From positions 1 through 47,525 of the forward strand of contig JALXBF010000130.1 of assembly GCA_026991575.1 (NCBI GenBank): a stretch of DNA of 47,525 bases, read 5' to 3'. Position numbers and translations under genes: made by a program. Below are positions 10,158-20,593 of the stretch, piece by piece (within the stretch, counting starts at the first letter, position 1; each line of letters begins with the position of its first letter). The notes beneath the pieces were generated by a model. That model ran no database searches. It was not told the DNA's origin and saw only the letters and a list, made by a program, of their open reading frames with translations. This stretch comes from Planctomycetota bacterium (GTDB lineage: Bacteria; Planctomycetota; Planctomycetia; JALXBF01).

Positions 10158-11624
10158 ATGAGGCCCAGCCTGCTGTTCACCGCACTTGCCACTGCCGTGC
10201 TCACCCCTGCGATGGCCGTCGGCGAGCGGCCGAACTTCGTGTTCTTCCTGGTCGACGACCTCGGGTACATGGATATCGGTGCCAACAACCCAAACACGTT
10301 CTACGATACACCGAACATCGACCGGCTCGCCCGCGAAGGCATGCGATTCACGAACGGCTACGCGGCTGCACCGGTTTGCAGCCCCACACGCTACAGCATT
10401 CTGACTGGTCGTTACCCGGCCCGCGCCAAGGTAACGAACTACTTCGTCGGGCGGCGCGCGGAACGGTTCCGGGGGGCGCGGTTTTGCGATCGAATGCCAT
10501 TGGAGGAAGTCACCATAGCTGAGGCGCTCCGGGAAGCGGGGTACCGCACAGCCTTCCTAGGCAAATGGCATCTGGGACCAACTCCGGAATACTGGCCGGA
10601 AAACCAGGGGTTCGAAAAGAACATCGGTGGCTTCGCCGGCGGGATGCCTAACCCAGGGTACTTCTCCCCGTTCCGTAACCCCCGACTCACCGACGGCCCC
10701 CCCGGAGAGTACCTTCCCCGGAGGCTCACGGCCGAAGCGCTGCGGATCATCGAGCAGTGGCGGGACCAGCCGTTTTTCATCTACTTTTCGTTCTACAACG
10801 TGCATACCCCCCTTCAGGCCCCGGAAGAGCTGGTCGCCAGGTACCGCCGCAAGGCGAAGGATTGGGCCCAAGGCCAACAGGAGTTCGGCACCGAACAGCA
10901 GAATTACCTGACCGACAGCCCCCGTCGTGTCCGCTTGGTGCAGAAGCACCCCGTGTACGCGGCCATGGTGGAAGCGGTGGATCAGGCGGTTGGCCAGGTG
11001 CTGGCTAAACTCGACGAACTAGGGCTTACCGACCGCACGGTCGTGCTGTTTACCTCGGACAACGGCGGCCTCAGCACGTCCGAAGGACATCCGACGGCCA
11101 ACTTCCCCTTGCGCGCCGGGAAAGGCTGGCTTTACGAGGGAGGCATTCGCGTGCCGCTACTGATCAAATGGCCCGGGGTCGTCCGACCCGGCAGCACGTG
11201 CGACACGCCGGTGATCAGTACGGACTTTTATGCCACCATCCTGGAGATGGCCGGGCTGCCGTTGCGGCCAGAGCAGCATCGGGACGGCGTGAGCCTCGTG
11301 CCGCTGCTGCGCGGGTCCGTCGACCCGGCACCAGACCGGCCGCTCTTCTGGCACTACCCCCACTACGGCAACCAGGGTGGCTTTCCAGGAGCCGCCGTCC
11401 GGCTGGGACGCTACAAGCTACTGCTCCGCTACGAGGACGGCCGCATCCACCTGTATGATCTGGCGACAGACATCGGGGAACGGCATGATCTGGCACAGGA
11501 ACTGTCGGAGCAGGCCGAGCAGTTGCGCGGGCTGCTGTACCGCTGGCTAGAAGCCATGGACGCGGAGTTCCTGCGACCCAAGCCGGGCGGTCCCGAACCC
11601 TGGCTGCCCCCCTTCCGGCACTGA
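10158..11624 (+). CDS. Secreted formylglycine-dependent sulfatase (S1, Cys-type)
   Basis: Signal peptide, [18 protein letters not shown] (CxPxR), [24 protein letters not shown]. Confidence 0.95.
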   Translation: MRPSLLFTALATAVLTPAMAVGERPNFVFFLVDDLGYMDIGANNPNTFYDTPNIDRLAREGMRFTNGYAAAPVCSPTRYSILTGRYPARAKVTNYFVGRRAERFRGARFCDRMPLEEVTIAEALREAGYRTAFLGKWHLGPTPEYWPENQGFEKNIGGFAGGMPNPGYFSPFRNPRLTDGPPGEYLPRRLTAEALRIIEQWRDQPFFIYFSFYNVHTPLQAPEELVARYRRKAKDWAQGQQEFGTEQQNYLTDSPRRVRLVQKHPVYAAMVEAVDQAVGQVLAKLDELGLTDRTVVLFTSDNGGLSTSEGHPTANFPLRAGKGWLYEGGIRVPLLIKWPGVVRPGSTCDTPVISTDFYATILEMAGLPLRPEQHRDGVSLVPLLRGSVDPAPDRPLFWHYPHYGNQGGFPGAAVRLGRYKLLLRYEDGRIHLYDLATDIGERHDLAQELSEQAEQLRGLLYRWLEAMDAEFLRPKPGGPEPWLPPFRH

Positions 11625-11682
11625 CCGCACCTACCGCAACGACCGTGTGTGTCCCCACGCACCGTCAACCGGAGCTTTGACC

Positions 11683-12708
11683 ATGCTTGTTCTACGAGTG
11701 GCCATCTTTCTGGTGCTATCCGTCCTTGCCAGGCCAGTCCTGGCCCAGGTGACCGACATCCGCACCGCTGCCTCCGGGCCGTATGCGAAGCACGTGCTGG
11801 CGTTCTACTACGGCTGGTACGGAACTCCGGCCGTCTCGGGCCGGTGGGTACACTGGCACGGCGTTGATCTCGTGCGGCGCACGATCGCCAATTCCACGCA
11901 CTACCCGGTACTGGGACCGTACGACAGCCACGATCCCAACGTGGTCCAACAGCACTGCCTGTGGGCACAGCAGGCAGGCCTGACCGGTTTCATTGTCTCC
12001 TGGTGGCACCCTGGCGACTTCCATGACCGCGGCGTCCCGCTGCTGTTGAACACCGCTGCGCAACACGGCCTGTCCGTGACCGTCTACTACGAGACGGCTC
12101 GATCGGTGGCCGCTGCGATTGACAACATCCGCTATCTGCATCGGCGGTACATGGGGCACCGGGCGTGGCTGAGACACGGCAAATCCCCCGTGCTGTTCGT
12201 CTACGGCCGTGCCATCCAACAGCTTGGCCTGGATGGCTGGCGGCAGGTTATGGACGCAACCCGCGAGCAGATCGGCCCTGTCGTCTTCATCGGAGACCGG
12301 CTGACGCGCGAGGCCGAAACGCTATTCGATGGCGTGCATGCCTACAACATCACGGGACAAACTGCCGGCAAGTCCCTGGACCAGATTCGCGCCTGGGCGC
12401 GTGATCGATTTGCCAGGCGGGTACGGAACGCCCGCGCCCTAGGTCGTCCCGCCATCCTGACCATCATTCCTGGCTACGACGACAGCAAGCTGGGTCGTCC
12501 GAGGCCACGGCCGATCACGCCCCGCTACGCTGGTGCAACCTATCGGGTGCTATGGCAAGAGGCTGTCCGCGCCCGTCCCGACTGGATCCTGGTGACCAGC
12601 TTCAACGAGTGGCACGAAGGCAGCGAGATTGAACCGTCACTGGAACACGGGGACCGTGAGCTGAAGACGACTGCCGAGTTCGCCAAACCCTTCGTACGCG
12701 GGCAGTGA
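11683..12708 (+). CDS. Secreted GH99/GH71-like glycoside hydrolase (endo-alpha-mannosidase-like)
   Basis: Signal peptide after a GGAG RBS; AFYYGWYG, PVLGPYDSHD, VSWW, TSFNEWHEGSEIEP (GH99 ExxE pair). Confidence 0.82.
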   Translation: MLVLRVAIFLVLSVLARPVLAQVTDIRTAASGPYAKHVLAFYYGWYGTPAVSGRWVHWHGVDLVRRTIANSTHYPVLGPYDSHDPNVVQQHCLWAQQAGLTGFIVSWWHPGDFHDRGVPLLLNTAAQHGLSVTVYYETARSVAAAIDNIRYLHRRYMGHRAWLRHGKSPVLFVYGRAIQQLGLDGWRQVMDATREQIGPVVFIGDRLTREAETLFDGVHAYNITGQTAGKSLDQIRAWARDRFARRVRNARALGRPAILTIIPGYDDSKLGRPRPRPITPRYAGATYRVLWQEAVRARPDWILVTSFNEWHEGSEIEPSLEHGDRELKTTAEFAKPFVRGQ

Positions 12709-12716
12709 CGGAAAGT

Positions 12717-12750
12717 GGCAGGGCCCGCGCTCCACCGGCCGGGCCCTGCC
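12717..12750. terminator. GC-rich hairpin between the convergent GH99 and sppA genes
   Basis: GGCAGGGCCCG ... CGGGCCCTGCC is an 11-bp inverted repeat just after the GH99 stop. No clear U-tract. Confidence 0.5.
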
Positions 12751-12819
12751 CCACATCGGCCGGATAGCCTTTGGCGAAGGAGGCCTGTCCGCGGCAACCG
12801 CTTCAAGACCAGCCCGGCG

Positions 12820-14625
12820 TTAGTAGCGGATCAAATGGGGCATCACCAGCCAGACGCCAGGATTGCGGCTCTCGAACACCCGCCGCAACGTCTGGATGTC
12901 CGTCAGCAGCGGCCGTAACGACTCGGGCAGCTCTGCCGCTACCAAACCGCTCAACCTTGGCGTCGCCCCGCCCGCTTCGGTCAGCTCCATGAGCATTTCG
13001 AAGAAATTCTTCGGTTCGGGCAACACAACCAGGTCGTACGGTTCATCGGGCTTGATGCCACCTTTCTGGCGAGCCAGCTCCAGGGCTTCGTGGAGCGTTC
13101 CGATCCGATCGACCAGCCCGTTTTCGACCGCCTGGCTGCCAGTCCAAATCCGCCCCTCGGCGAGCTTCTCGAGCCGCTCGCGGTCGATTCCCCGCGACTT
13201 GCTGACCCGATCCAGGAACTGGTCATATGTGCTGGTGATCAGCGTGCGGAGGATTTTCTCGCCGTCTTCGTCGAGCGGCTCGATCACGGAGAGGAAGTCG
13301 GCGTTCCGGCCACGCTGTACCACGTCAGGTCTAATGCCGATCTTCGCAAGCGCCGGTCTGACGGCCAACTTGCCGCCGACGACGCCGATCGATCCGGTCA
13401 GTGTTGCCGGCTCGGCCAGGATGACATCACCGCCGAGGCTGATGTAGTACCCGCCGCTAGCTGCGACGCTGCCCATGCTGACGATGACCGGTTTCTTGCA
13501 TTGGCGGAGCGTCTGATAGATGTGTTCGCTTGCCGTGGCCGAACCGCCGGGGCTGTCGACACGAAGCACAATGGCGCGGACCTGATCGTCCGCCTCCGCT
13601 TTACGGATCGCCTGCACGATGGTCTCGTCGCCCATGAGCTTGCCGAGCAAGATGCTCTGCGTCGACTTGCCCTCGACGATCGCGCCAGTGGCGTAGATCA
13701 GAGCGATGCGTGGCCGGTCTGACGGCAGACTGCGCTTGGGCGCACCGCCAAACAGCGATTGCATCATCTGCATGACCCCTGCAAAGCCACTCGGCATGCG
13801 CCGTTTCTGGACACCGTAGTCTTTGACCAGCGACACCTTCGGTAGCCCAAGCGCACGCGCGGCAGTTTGTCCAAGCCGGTCGGCATAGCCCAGCTCATCA
13901 ACCAGCCCCAGTTCCAGCGCCTCTTTAGCCAGAAAGCCACCCTTGTCCACGAGTTTCGCGGCCTGGTCCAGCGAGCAGTTCAGGCGCCCGGCAACGGCAG
14001 TGCAGATTTGCCGGAAGAGGTCGTCAGCAACCCGCTCGAGCTGTGCTCGGTACTCTGGGCTCATGGCAGAGCGCATATACGGCTCGGCCGCTCCTTTGTA
14101 CGCACCGGCTTGGAGGAACCGGGCCTTGATGCCGAGCCAGTCGAGCAGGTCCCGGTAGAACCAGACCTCGAAGCGAACTCCCGTTAGCAGCAGCCAGCCG
14201 TCGGGTGGCATGACGATCCGGTCGCAGCCGGCGACCGCCACGTACGTGTTGGTCGTCGCCATGGCAGGTAGCACGGCCACGACCGGCTTGCCAACCCGCT
14301 GGAGCCGGGTGATGGCTGCCCGCAGCTCCTGTGCGTGAGTCAGCGGCAGCAGGGACACGTCCAGCTCAAGAACCACCCCTTTGATCCGATCGTCCTTGGA
14401 AGCCTTGTTGAACCGGTCGAGGAAGGTGCGAAGTGTCGTGGTCCGGGCGCCGAAGAGTCCGGCGGCTGCCGACTCCTCCGGCAGGATACGGGCCAGGCGG
14501 ATGTGGGCAACCTGCGGAACCGGCTCCTTCTCGCTCTCGTCTGCGCGTCCTGGTAGGACCGATCCTGCCAGCATGCTGAGCAGGGCAAGCAAACAGGACA
14601 AGGACCATTTCGCCTTCTGGTGCAT
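12820..14625 (-). CDS. sppA: Signal peptide peptidase A (long, two-S49-domain type)
   Basis: GAYKGAAEP, RVDSPGGS, SMGSVAASGGY, TLTGSIGV, EGRIWTGSQA. GGAGG-like RBS. Confidence 0.92.
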   Translation of the reverse strand: MHQKAKWSLSCLLALLSMLAGSVLPGRADESEKEPVPQVAHIRLARILPEESAAAGLFGARTTTLRTFLDRFNKASKDDRIKGVVLELDVSLLPLTHAQELRAAITRLQRVGKPVVAVLPAMATTNTYVAVAGCDRIVMPPDGWLLLTGVRFEVWFYRDLLDWLGIKARFLQAGAYKGAAEPYMRSAMSPEYRAQLERVADDLFRQICTAVAGRLNCSLDQAAKLVDKGGFLAKEALELGLVDELGYADRLGQTAARALGLPKVSLVKDYGVQKRRMPSGFAGVMQMMQSLFGGAPKRSLPSDRPRIALIYATGAIVEGKSTQSILLGKLMGDETIVQAIRKAEADDQVRAIVLRVDSPGGSATASEHIYQTLRQCKKPVIVSMGSVAASGGYYISLGGDVILAEPATLTGSIGVVGGKLAVRPALAKIGIRPDVVQRGRNADFLSVIEPLDEDGEKILRTLITSTYDQFLDRVSKSRGIDRERLEKLAEGRIWTGSQAVENGLVDRIGTLHEALELARQKGGIKPDEPYDLVVLPEPKNFFEMLMELTEAGGATPRLSGLVAAELPESLRPLLTDIQTLRRVFESRNPGVWLVMPHLIRY

Positions 14626-14783
14626 CGTCGTTCACCTCCACCTCTTCAGCTGACCGTCTCTGGCTGCACCGCTGGTACCCAGTCTATTCGGGCTGGCGGA
14701 GACGAGCTTGAGTCCACTACGGCTGCTTAGGTATAGTTCTGTGTCGTGTCAGCTCCTGGCGCAAGCTAACGAAGGAGATGCAC

Positions 14784-15146
14784 ATGAGCGACTGGTCGCC
14801 TGGGAAACCGGTGCTGCTGATCGAAGAGGACTCCTCCGGCGTCATCATTGCGTCGTTCCAGGTGAATCGCGTGGTGGACGAGGAGATCGTGCGCAAGCTG
14901 TCCGACGAGCTGGCCGCGATTGCGCAGACGGGACGCAAGGTGGTGCTGAACTTCAGTCGGGTGGAGTACCTGTCAAGCAGTGTGTTGGGCAAGTTGATTA
15001 CGTTCCAGAAACGGTTGCGGAGCAACGGAGGCGAGCTGCGGCTGTGTGGCATCCGACCCCAGATTTACGAGATTTTTGAAATCACGCGTCTGAACACGTT
15101 GTTCGACATCTACCCGACCGAAGAAGAAGCGCTCGAAATGTTCTGA
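14784..15146 (+). CDS. STAS-domain anti-sigma factor antagonist
   Basis: VVLNFSRVEYLSSSVLG (phosphorylatable Ser), LRLCGIRPQIYEIFEITRL. AAGGAG RBS. Confidence 0.9.
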   Translation: MSDWSPGKPVLLIEEDSSGVIIASFQVNRVVDEEIVRKLSDELAAIAQTGRKVVLNFSRVEYLSSSVLGKLITFQKRLRSNGGELRLCGIRPQIYEIFEITRLNTLFDIYPTEEEALEMF

Positions 15147-15658
15147 TGACCGCCGGTGCCCTGCCGTGGCACGCACGCACCGGCCCCGATTGGGGAATCA
15201 TGCCGCAACAACCCCGAGCAGTCTGGAAATGCGTCCGGGTCAAGACCGACCCGAAGCAGTTGCGGGCCGTGGGAGAGGAGATCGTTTCCTGCTGCCGGAC
15301 GTTCGGCTTTCCCGAGGAAGACCTGTTTGCCGTCCGGCTCGGCTACGAAGAAGCGACCGCAAACGCCGCCCGTCACGGGAACCGAAACGACCCGGAGAAG
15401 GTGATCACGATCCAGTACGAGGTATCGGAAGAGCAAGTCTGGATTCGGATCAGTGACGAGGGCCCGGGCTTTGATCCGGACCAGGTGCCGGACCCAACGC
15501 TGCCACAGAACCTCGATCGCCCGAGCGGCCGCGGCCTCATGTTGATGAAGCACTATATGGAAACGCGGTTCGTGCCGCCGGGAAACACTGTCGAACTCGT
15601 GCGCCGTCGCAGCGGCCCAGCCACCGGCAGCAATCAGGGCGCAGCTTCGGACCGTTAG
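15146..15658 (+). CDS. RsbW-like anti-sigma factor / Ser kinase (HATPase_c)
   Basis: EEATANAARHGN (N-box), ISDEGPGFDP, RPSGRGLMLM. TGATG coupling to the STAS gene. Confidence 0.9.
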   Translation: MTAGALPWHARTGPDWGIMPQQPRAVWKCVRVKTDPKQLRAVGEEIVSCCRTFGFPEEDLFAVRLGYEEATANAARHGNRNDPEKVITIQYEVSEEQVWIRISDEGPGFDPDQVPDPTLPQNLDRPSGRGLMLMKHYMETRFVPPGNTVELVRRRSGPATGSNQGAASDR

Positions 15659-18267
15659 TCCCGTCCATGCAGCAGTCGGTCGCGGATCTCACGCAGCAGC
15701 CGCACCGCCTCCTCGTGCGATAGCCGGTCCGGATCCACTCGCTCAACCAACTCCGTAACCCCGTCGTAGACGGTCTCGAACAGCGAGCGCTGGATGAAAC
15801 TGGAGCGCCGTCGCGGCCGGGCAGCCAGGCGGGCCTGACGGTCCGAGTTCAGATGAGCCTCTTCCAGCTCGGCCAGCAGTGTCTTGGCCCGCTCGATTAC
15901 CGGTCGTGGCACGCCGGCCAGCCGCGCCACCTGAATGCCGTAGCTGCGGTCGGCTGCCCCCTCCAGAATACGGTACAAGAACAGGATTTCGTCGTTCCAT
16001 TCACGCACCGCCACGTTCAGGTTCCGGGCCGCTTCCAACGCCCGCTCCAGGTACGCCAGCTCGTGATAGTGGGTCGCAAACAGCGTACGGCAGCGGTTGA
16101 CATTGTGCAGGTGTTCGGCCACGGCCCACGCAAGGGCCACGCCGTCGTACGTGCTCGTGCCCCGGCCGATCTCGTCCAGAATCACCAGACTGCGATGCGT
16201 TGCGCCGTGGAGGATCGCCGCCGTCTCCACCATCTCAACCATAAACGTACTCCGTCCCCGGGCCAGGTCGTCGCTGGCACCGACCCGGGCAAAGACCCGG
16301 TCGGCAACTCCGACGACGGCCCGAGCAGCCGGGACAAACGCCCCGATCTGGGCCATGATCAGGCAGAGAGCCGCCTGGCGAATGTAGGTGCTTTTGCCAG
16401 CCATATTGGGCCCAGTAACCAGCAGCAGCCGCCGCGACTCAGGCGACATCACCACGTCATTAGGCACGAACCGACCCCCTTCCAGCATTGCCTCCACCAC
16501 CGGATGACGGCTCTCCTTGAGCTCGAGCACGGGATCGGGCACCAGGAGGGGACGGCAGTAATTGCGTTTGACCGCGACCGTCGCCAGCGACTGCAGCACA
16601 TCGACGGTGGCCACGGCCCGCGCGGTGCTCATCAGCTGGCCGACATGCTGTAGCGCAGCAGCCCGCAACTCTTCGAACAGCACCTTCTCCAACTCGATCG
16701 CCCGCTGCTCGGCCTCCAAGACCTTCCGTTCGTACTCCTTCAGCTCCGGGGTCACGTACCGCTCGGCGTTCTTCAGCGTCTGCTTTCGCTCATAATCAGG
16801 CGGCACCTTCGCTGCGTGCGTCTTGGTGACTTCGATGTAGTAGCCGAAGACCCGGTGGTAGCCAACCTTCAGGGTTGGGATGCCCGTGCGCTCGGCCTGT
16901 TGCCGCTCATACTCTGCCAGCCACTGCTTCCCCCCGCGTGCCAGCTCGCGCCAGCGATCAAGCTCCTCGGAGTAGCCTGGCGCGATGATCCCGCCTTCGG
17001 AGGTGACGGCGGGTGGATCGTCAACCAGTGCACAGTTCAGCCGCTCGGCCAATTGCTCGCAACAATCGATCTCATCATGCAAGCGACGCAGTAGCGCCGC
17101 CTCACATGCGTCCAGCAGCTGCTTCAGCCGCGGCAGCCGACTGAGCGTGTCTGCCAGCGCGCGTAACGTCTTGGGAGTGGCCCGCCCTACGGCCAACCGC
17201 GACGAGAGCCGCTCCAGGTCGTGAAGCGACCGGAGTGCATCGGTCACATCCTGGCGTAGGAAATGGTCCAGCGTCAGCTCCTCCACAGCGTCCAACCGCT
17301 CGTTGATCTGGTCCAGATCCAGCAGCGGCGCTGCCAGCCAGTCGGCCAGGAGGCGAGCCCCCATGGCAGTGGCCGTCTCATCAAGCACCCACAGCAGCGT
17401 GCCCCGCTTGCCACGGCCGACCAGGGACCGGACCAGCTCCAGGTTGCGCCGCGTCATCGCATCGATCTGCATCCGCTGCGAGCGGGCGTACCAGACGACG
17501 CGCTGCAGGTGGTCAAGCGATGACTTCTGCGTTTCCTTCAAGTACTCCAACAGGGCACCGGCTGCACCGGTGGCGGGCGTTTCATCGGGAACGCCAAAGC
17601 CTTCCAGCGTGGCGGTGCGTAGCTGCGCGCGCAGTAGCTCTGCCCCCCGCTCCACGTCGAACATCCACCCGGGTCGGCGCGTGACGGCACGCAGAGGTGT
17701 GTCGCAGGCCAGCCTACGCAGCTCGTCGTCTGGAAGCTCATCCGGTACCAGGCACTCGGCCGGCTCAATCCGAGCCAGTTCGCCGCTGACCTCCTCGACC
17801 GACAACTCCGCAAGCACGAAGTCGCCGGTGGACAGATCGGCCCAGGCCATGCCAACACGATCACCAACCGGGGCGAGAGCCGCCAGGTAGTTGTGGCGGC
17901 CCGGTTCGAGCAAACTGTCTTCGGTGATTGTGCCGGGCGTGACAATGCGTACCACCTCGCGCCGGACCAGTCCCTTGGCCTGGCGGGGATCCTCGACCTG
18001 CTCGCAGATCGCGACCCGAAAGCCAGCCTCGACAAGCCGCCGCAGCTGGGACTCCAGTGCGTGGTACGGGAAGCCCGCCATCGGGACGGCATTCGGTCCC
18101 TTCTCCCGGCTGGTGAGCGCGATCCCAAGCACGCGTGCTGCGATCTCAGCGTCCTCGAAGAACAGCTCGTAGAAGTCACCCATGCGGAACAGCAGCAGGG
18201 CGTCGGGATGCTGCCGCTTCAGCGACAGGTACTGGCGCATCATCGGAGTGGTAGCGCTGTCGGACAT
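15655..18267 (-). CDS. mutS: DNA mismatch repair protein MutS
   Basis: TPMMRQY, FRMGDFYELF, TGPNMAGKSTY, STFMVEM, DEIGRGTST, FATHYHEL, SYGIQVARLAG. Start at ATG 18267. Confidence 0.97.
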   Translation of the reverse strand: MSDSATTPMMRQYLSLKRQHPDALLLFRMGDFYELFFEDAEIAARVLGIALTSREKGPNAVPMAGFPYHALESQLRRLVEAGFRVAICEQVEDPRQAKGLVRREVVRIVTPGTITEDSLLEPGRHNYLAALAPVGDRVGMAWADLSTGDFVLAELSVEEVSGELARIEPAECLVPDELPDDELRRLACDTPLRAVTRRPGWMFDVERGAELLRAQLRTATLEGFGVPDETPATGAAGALLEYLKETQKSSLDHLQRVVWYARSQRMQIDAMTRRNLELVRSLVGRGKRGTLLWVLDETATAMGARLLADWLAAPLLDLDQINERLDAVEELTLDHFLRQDVTDALRSLHDLERLSSRLAVGRATPKTLRALADTLSRLPRLKQLLDACEAALLRRLHDEIDCCEQLAERLNCALVDDPPAVTSEGGIIAPGYSEELDRWRELARGGKQWLAEYERQQAERTGIPTLKVGYHRVFGYYIEVTKTHAAKVPPDYERKQTLKNAERYVTPELKEYERKVLEAEQRAIELEKVLFEELRAAALQHVGQLMSTARAVATVDVLQSLATVAVKRNYCRPLLVPDPVLELKESRHPVVEAMLEGGRFVPNDVVMSPESRRLLLVTGPNMAGKSTYIRQAALCLIMAQIGAFVPAARAVVGVADRVFARVGASDDLARGRSTFMVEMVETAAILHGATHRSLVILDEIGRGTSTYDGVALAWAVAEHLHNVNRCRTLFATHYHELAYLERALEAARNLNVAVREWNDEILFLYRILEGAADRSYGIQVARLAGVPRPVIERAKTLLAELEEAHLNSDRQARLAARPRRRSSFIQRSLFETVYDGVTELVERVDPDRLSHEEAVRLLREIRDRLLHGRD

Positions 18268-18274
18268 GGCCCCC

Positions 18275-18619
18275 TCAACTGCTTGTGCCCGCATCAGGAC
18301 CGTGCTCCTCGTCGGTCGACATGCCGCGCTGCTGGAGCTCGTCGCGGACGACGGCATGCCGCTTGCCACCGGACAGGTAGCGCTGCCGCAGGCGGGCATA
18401 CTCCTCGGGCGTCAGCTCCTCATCAGGCCATTCCACCCCCTGGAGCATCATCTGCTGAAAGTAATGCACCAGGAACGGACGACACCAGCCGCAGCCGGTC
18501 CCGGCGCCAGCGCACTCGCTGATCTGCGAAGCGCGCCGCGGACGGGTGATCCGAATGAAGTTCACGATCTTGCGCTTCGTCACGTGGAAGCAGTAGCAGA
18601 CAGTGTCATCCGGTTCCAT
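18275..18619 (-). CDS. BFD-like [2Fe-2S]-binding protein
   Basis: CYCFHV ... GAGTGCGWC gives the CxC-xn-CxxC pattern. Confidence 0.85.
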   Translation of the reverse strand: MEPDDTVCYCFHVTKRKIVNFIRITRPRRASQISECAGAGTGCGWCRPFLVHYFQQMMLQGVEWPDEELTPEEYARLRQRYLSGGKRHAVVRDELQQRGMSTDEEHGPDAGTSS

Positions 18620-18632
18620 GGCGTCCCCAGCA

Positions 18633-20459
18633 TCACAGCATGCGGTTGGCCCAATCGTCGAACCGTTCGTTCACCCGCTGCCGCAATTGCGCCAGGAACT
18701 CCGGCGTCACGAAATGCGGCAGCTTTACCCAATCGTTCGGCCGGTAGGTCTCCTCCGGCAACGTGTACTCGTCGTCTGAACACCCCGCAAGCCGTTCCGC
18801 CTTGTAGGCCCGCAGGTACGTGCGAAGAACGGCGTCTTTGAGCTGCTGGCCGTCGATCCGCACACCGAACACCGCCTGGATGGCTTCGATAACCCGCTCG
18901 TCCCCGATGCCGGCGAACTTGCAGATGCCCACCATGTCATCCCGCACGGTGTAGAGGCCGCGCTGCGTGATGGCATCCACCCAGTAGTCGAGGTCTGTCT
19001 TGCCTTCGAACAGCAGCAGTAGGAACGTGCGCATCGACATATGGCCGCCGGCGATGGCCCACGGGTAACCTGGGTTGGTCGCCGGCAAGTAAGCAGGCAG
19101 CTCCAGCCCCTTACAGTGGTACGCGTACGCCTCCTCGCCCAGCTGCCGGCTCAGCTGGGCAACACCACGACCAATGTCCGGTTCTTCGCCACGCGCGATG
19201 CGTTCCATCAGCCGCAAGGCACCGTCAGCGTCGCCGAAGCGAACCCCCCCGCCGATCGGCCGGTCCGGATGACGCTCGTTGTAGTCCATCACGTAGGAGA
19301 TCACCGCTCCCAGTGAGATGGCGTCGAAGCCCAGGTCATCGCATCGCTCAATTAGCGGCCAGATCGCCGCCGGTTCGTGGATGCCACAGTTCGTGCCAAG
19401 CATATTCAGCGGCTCATAGTCCACTTTGCACAGCGAGCGCTCGGGACGCTCATCGCCTTCGCGCCGCTCATAGACGATCTTCCAACAGCGGATGCCGCAT
19501 CGGTAGCACCCTTCGTCGACGACCCGGTACGTCCGCTCCACCTCGTCGCGGAACACCCGTCGGGGGAGTTCGTCGCGCGGCTTGAAGTTGTATTCAGGTA
19601 CCGCATGCACCTCCTGCAGCGGCACGTAATTGGACCAGGTACCGCCGGCACCGTCCCAGCGGTGCGGGTCGCGGAACTTGCGGCTGCCTGGACCGGTCGC
19701 GATCTCATGGTTGACCGCCTTCAACACCGGGTCGGAGCTCTGAGCGGGAGTGGCACGGGAGGAGACCACGATACCGAGGAGGTTCTTCGAGCCGAGCACA
19801 CTGCCAAAGCCCCCGCGGCCACACCAGCGGGTGCGCGGCAGCCGCAGACTCAACATCTTCTCCGTCGACAGTGCCACCCCTGCATACCAGCACCCTTCGT
19901 AGTGCTCGCCGGCCGGTCCGATGACTGCAAAGTGCGCGGAGGGGAACCGATCGGCCAGGCGGAAGATCTTCTCGTTGACGCCCAGGCCACGAAGCTCAGC
20001 TGCCGGCTCAACCCGGAGCGTCACCGCAGAGCCGTCGCCTTCGATGACCAGGATGCTGGGTTCAGCGGCTCGGCCCGTAAGAATCAGCTCGTCGATTCCT
20101 ACTGCACGGAGCAGCACGGCAAACTTTCCCGAGCCGGCCGACCACATCGGCATCGGAACTCCGGCGCGCGTGCGCTTCAGCGGGCTGTAGCCGTGGAAGA
20201 ACGTGCGCAGACCGGTCATCACCGGCGTGCCACTTAGCAGACCGGTGTTCAACATCAGGTGCGTCTCGGGAGCAAACGGATCGGAGAAGCGATGCTCCAG
20301 GAAGTACTTGAAGCCGCGGCCAATGCCGCCAAGGAAATCTTCCAGATCCGCGCACGGTAACCATTCACTCCGGTACTTCCCCGTGCTCAGATCCAGCTGC
20401 ACCCGATGGAACTCGTAGTCCGTAGGCGAGCGCCCTTCCCGGCCAGCAATTCGCCGCAT
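18633..20459 (-). CDS. Aldehyde:ferredoxin oxidoreductase family (W/Mo-bis-pterin, [4Fe-4S]) protein
   Basis: LDLSTG...FLGG.G, GRGGFGSVLGSKNL, CYRCGIRC, DYEP, CDDLGFDAIS, KGLELPAY, GICKF. GGAGG RBS. Confidence 0.88.
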   Translation of the reverse strand: MRRIAGREGRSPTDYEFHRVQLDLSTGKYRSEWLPCADLEDFLGGIGRGFKYFLEHRFSDPFAPETHLMLNTGLLSGTPVMTGLRTFFHGYSPLKRTRAGVPMPMWSAGSGKFAVLLRAVGIDELILTGRAAEPSILVIEGDGSAVTLRVEPAAELRGLGVNEKIFRLADRFPSAHFAVIGPAGEHYEGCWYAGVALSTEKMLSLRLPRTRWCGRGGFGSVLGSKNLLGIVVSSRATPAQSSDPVLKAVNHEIATGPGSRKFRDPHRWDGAGGTWSNYVPLQEVHAVPEYNFKPRDELPRRVFRDEVERTYRVVDEGCYRCGIRCWKIVYERREGDERPERSLCKVDYEPLNMLGTNCGIHEPAAIWPLIERCDDLGFDAISLGAVISYVMDYNERHPDRPIGGGVRFGDADGALRLMERIARGEEPDIGRGVAQLSRQLGEEAYAYHCKGLELPAYLPATNPGYPWAIAGGHMSMRTFLLLLFEGKTDLDYWVDAITQRGLYTVRDDMVGICKFAGIGDERVIEAIQAVFGVRIDGQQLKDAVLRTYLRAYKAERLAGCSDDEYTLPEETYRPNDWVKLPHFVTPEFLAQLRQRVNERFDDWANRML

Positions 20460-20536
20460 GGTTTCCTCCGATCGCTGTCCAGCTCGCTCTGCTCCCGGTC
20501 CAGATCACCCGAACCACACAGCCTCACTAATAACAA

Positions 20537-20567
20537 GGCTCCACCGCGAAGTCTGTGCGGTGGAGCC
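20537..20567 (-). terminator. Intrinsic terminator of the Gly-rich lipoprotein gene
   Basis: GGCTCCACCGC/GCGGTGGAGCC 11-bp stem, followed on the minus strand by TTGTTATT, about 27 nt after the stop at 20594. Confidence 0.75.
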
Positions 20568-20593
20568 AGGAGTAAGGGGTAGCGACGTTAACG

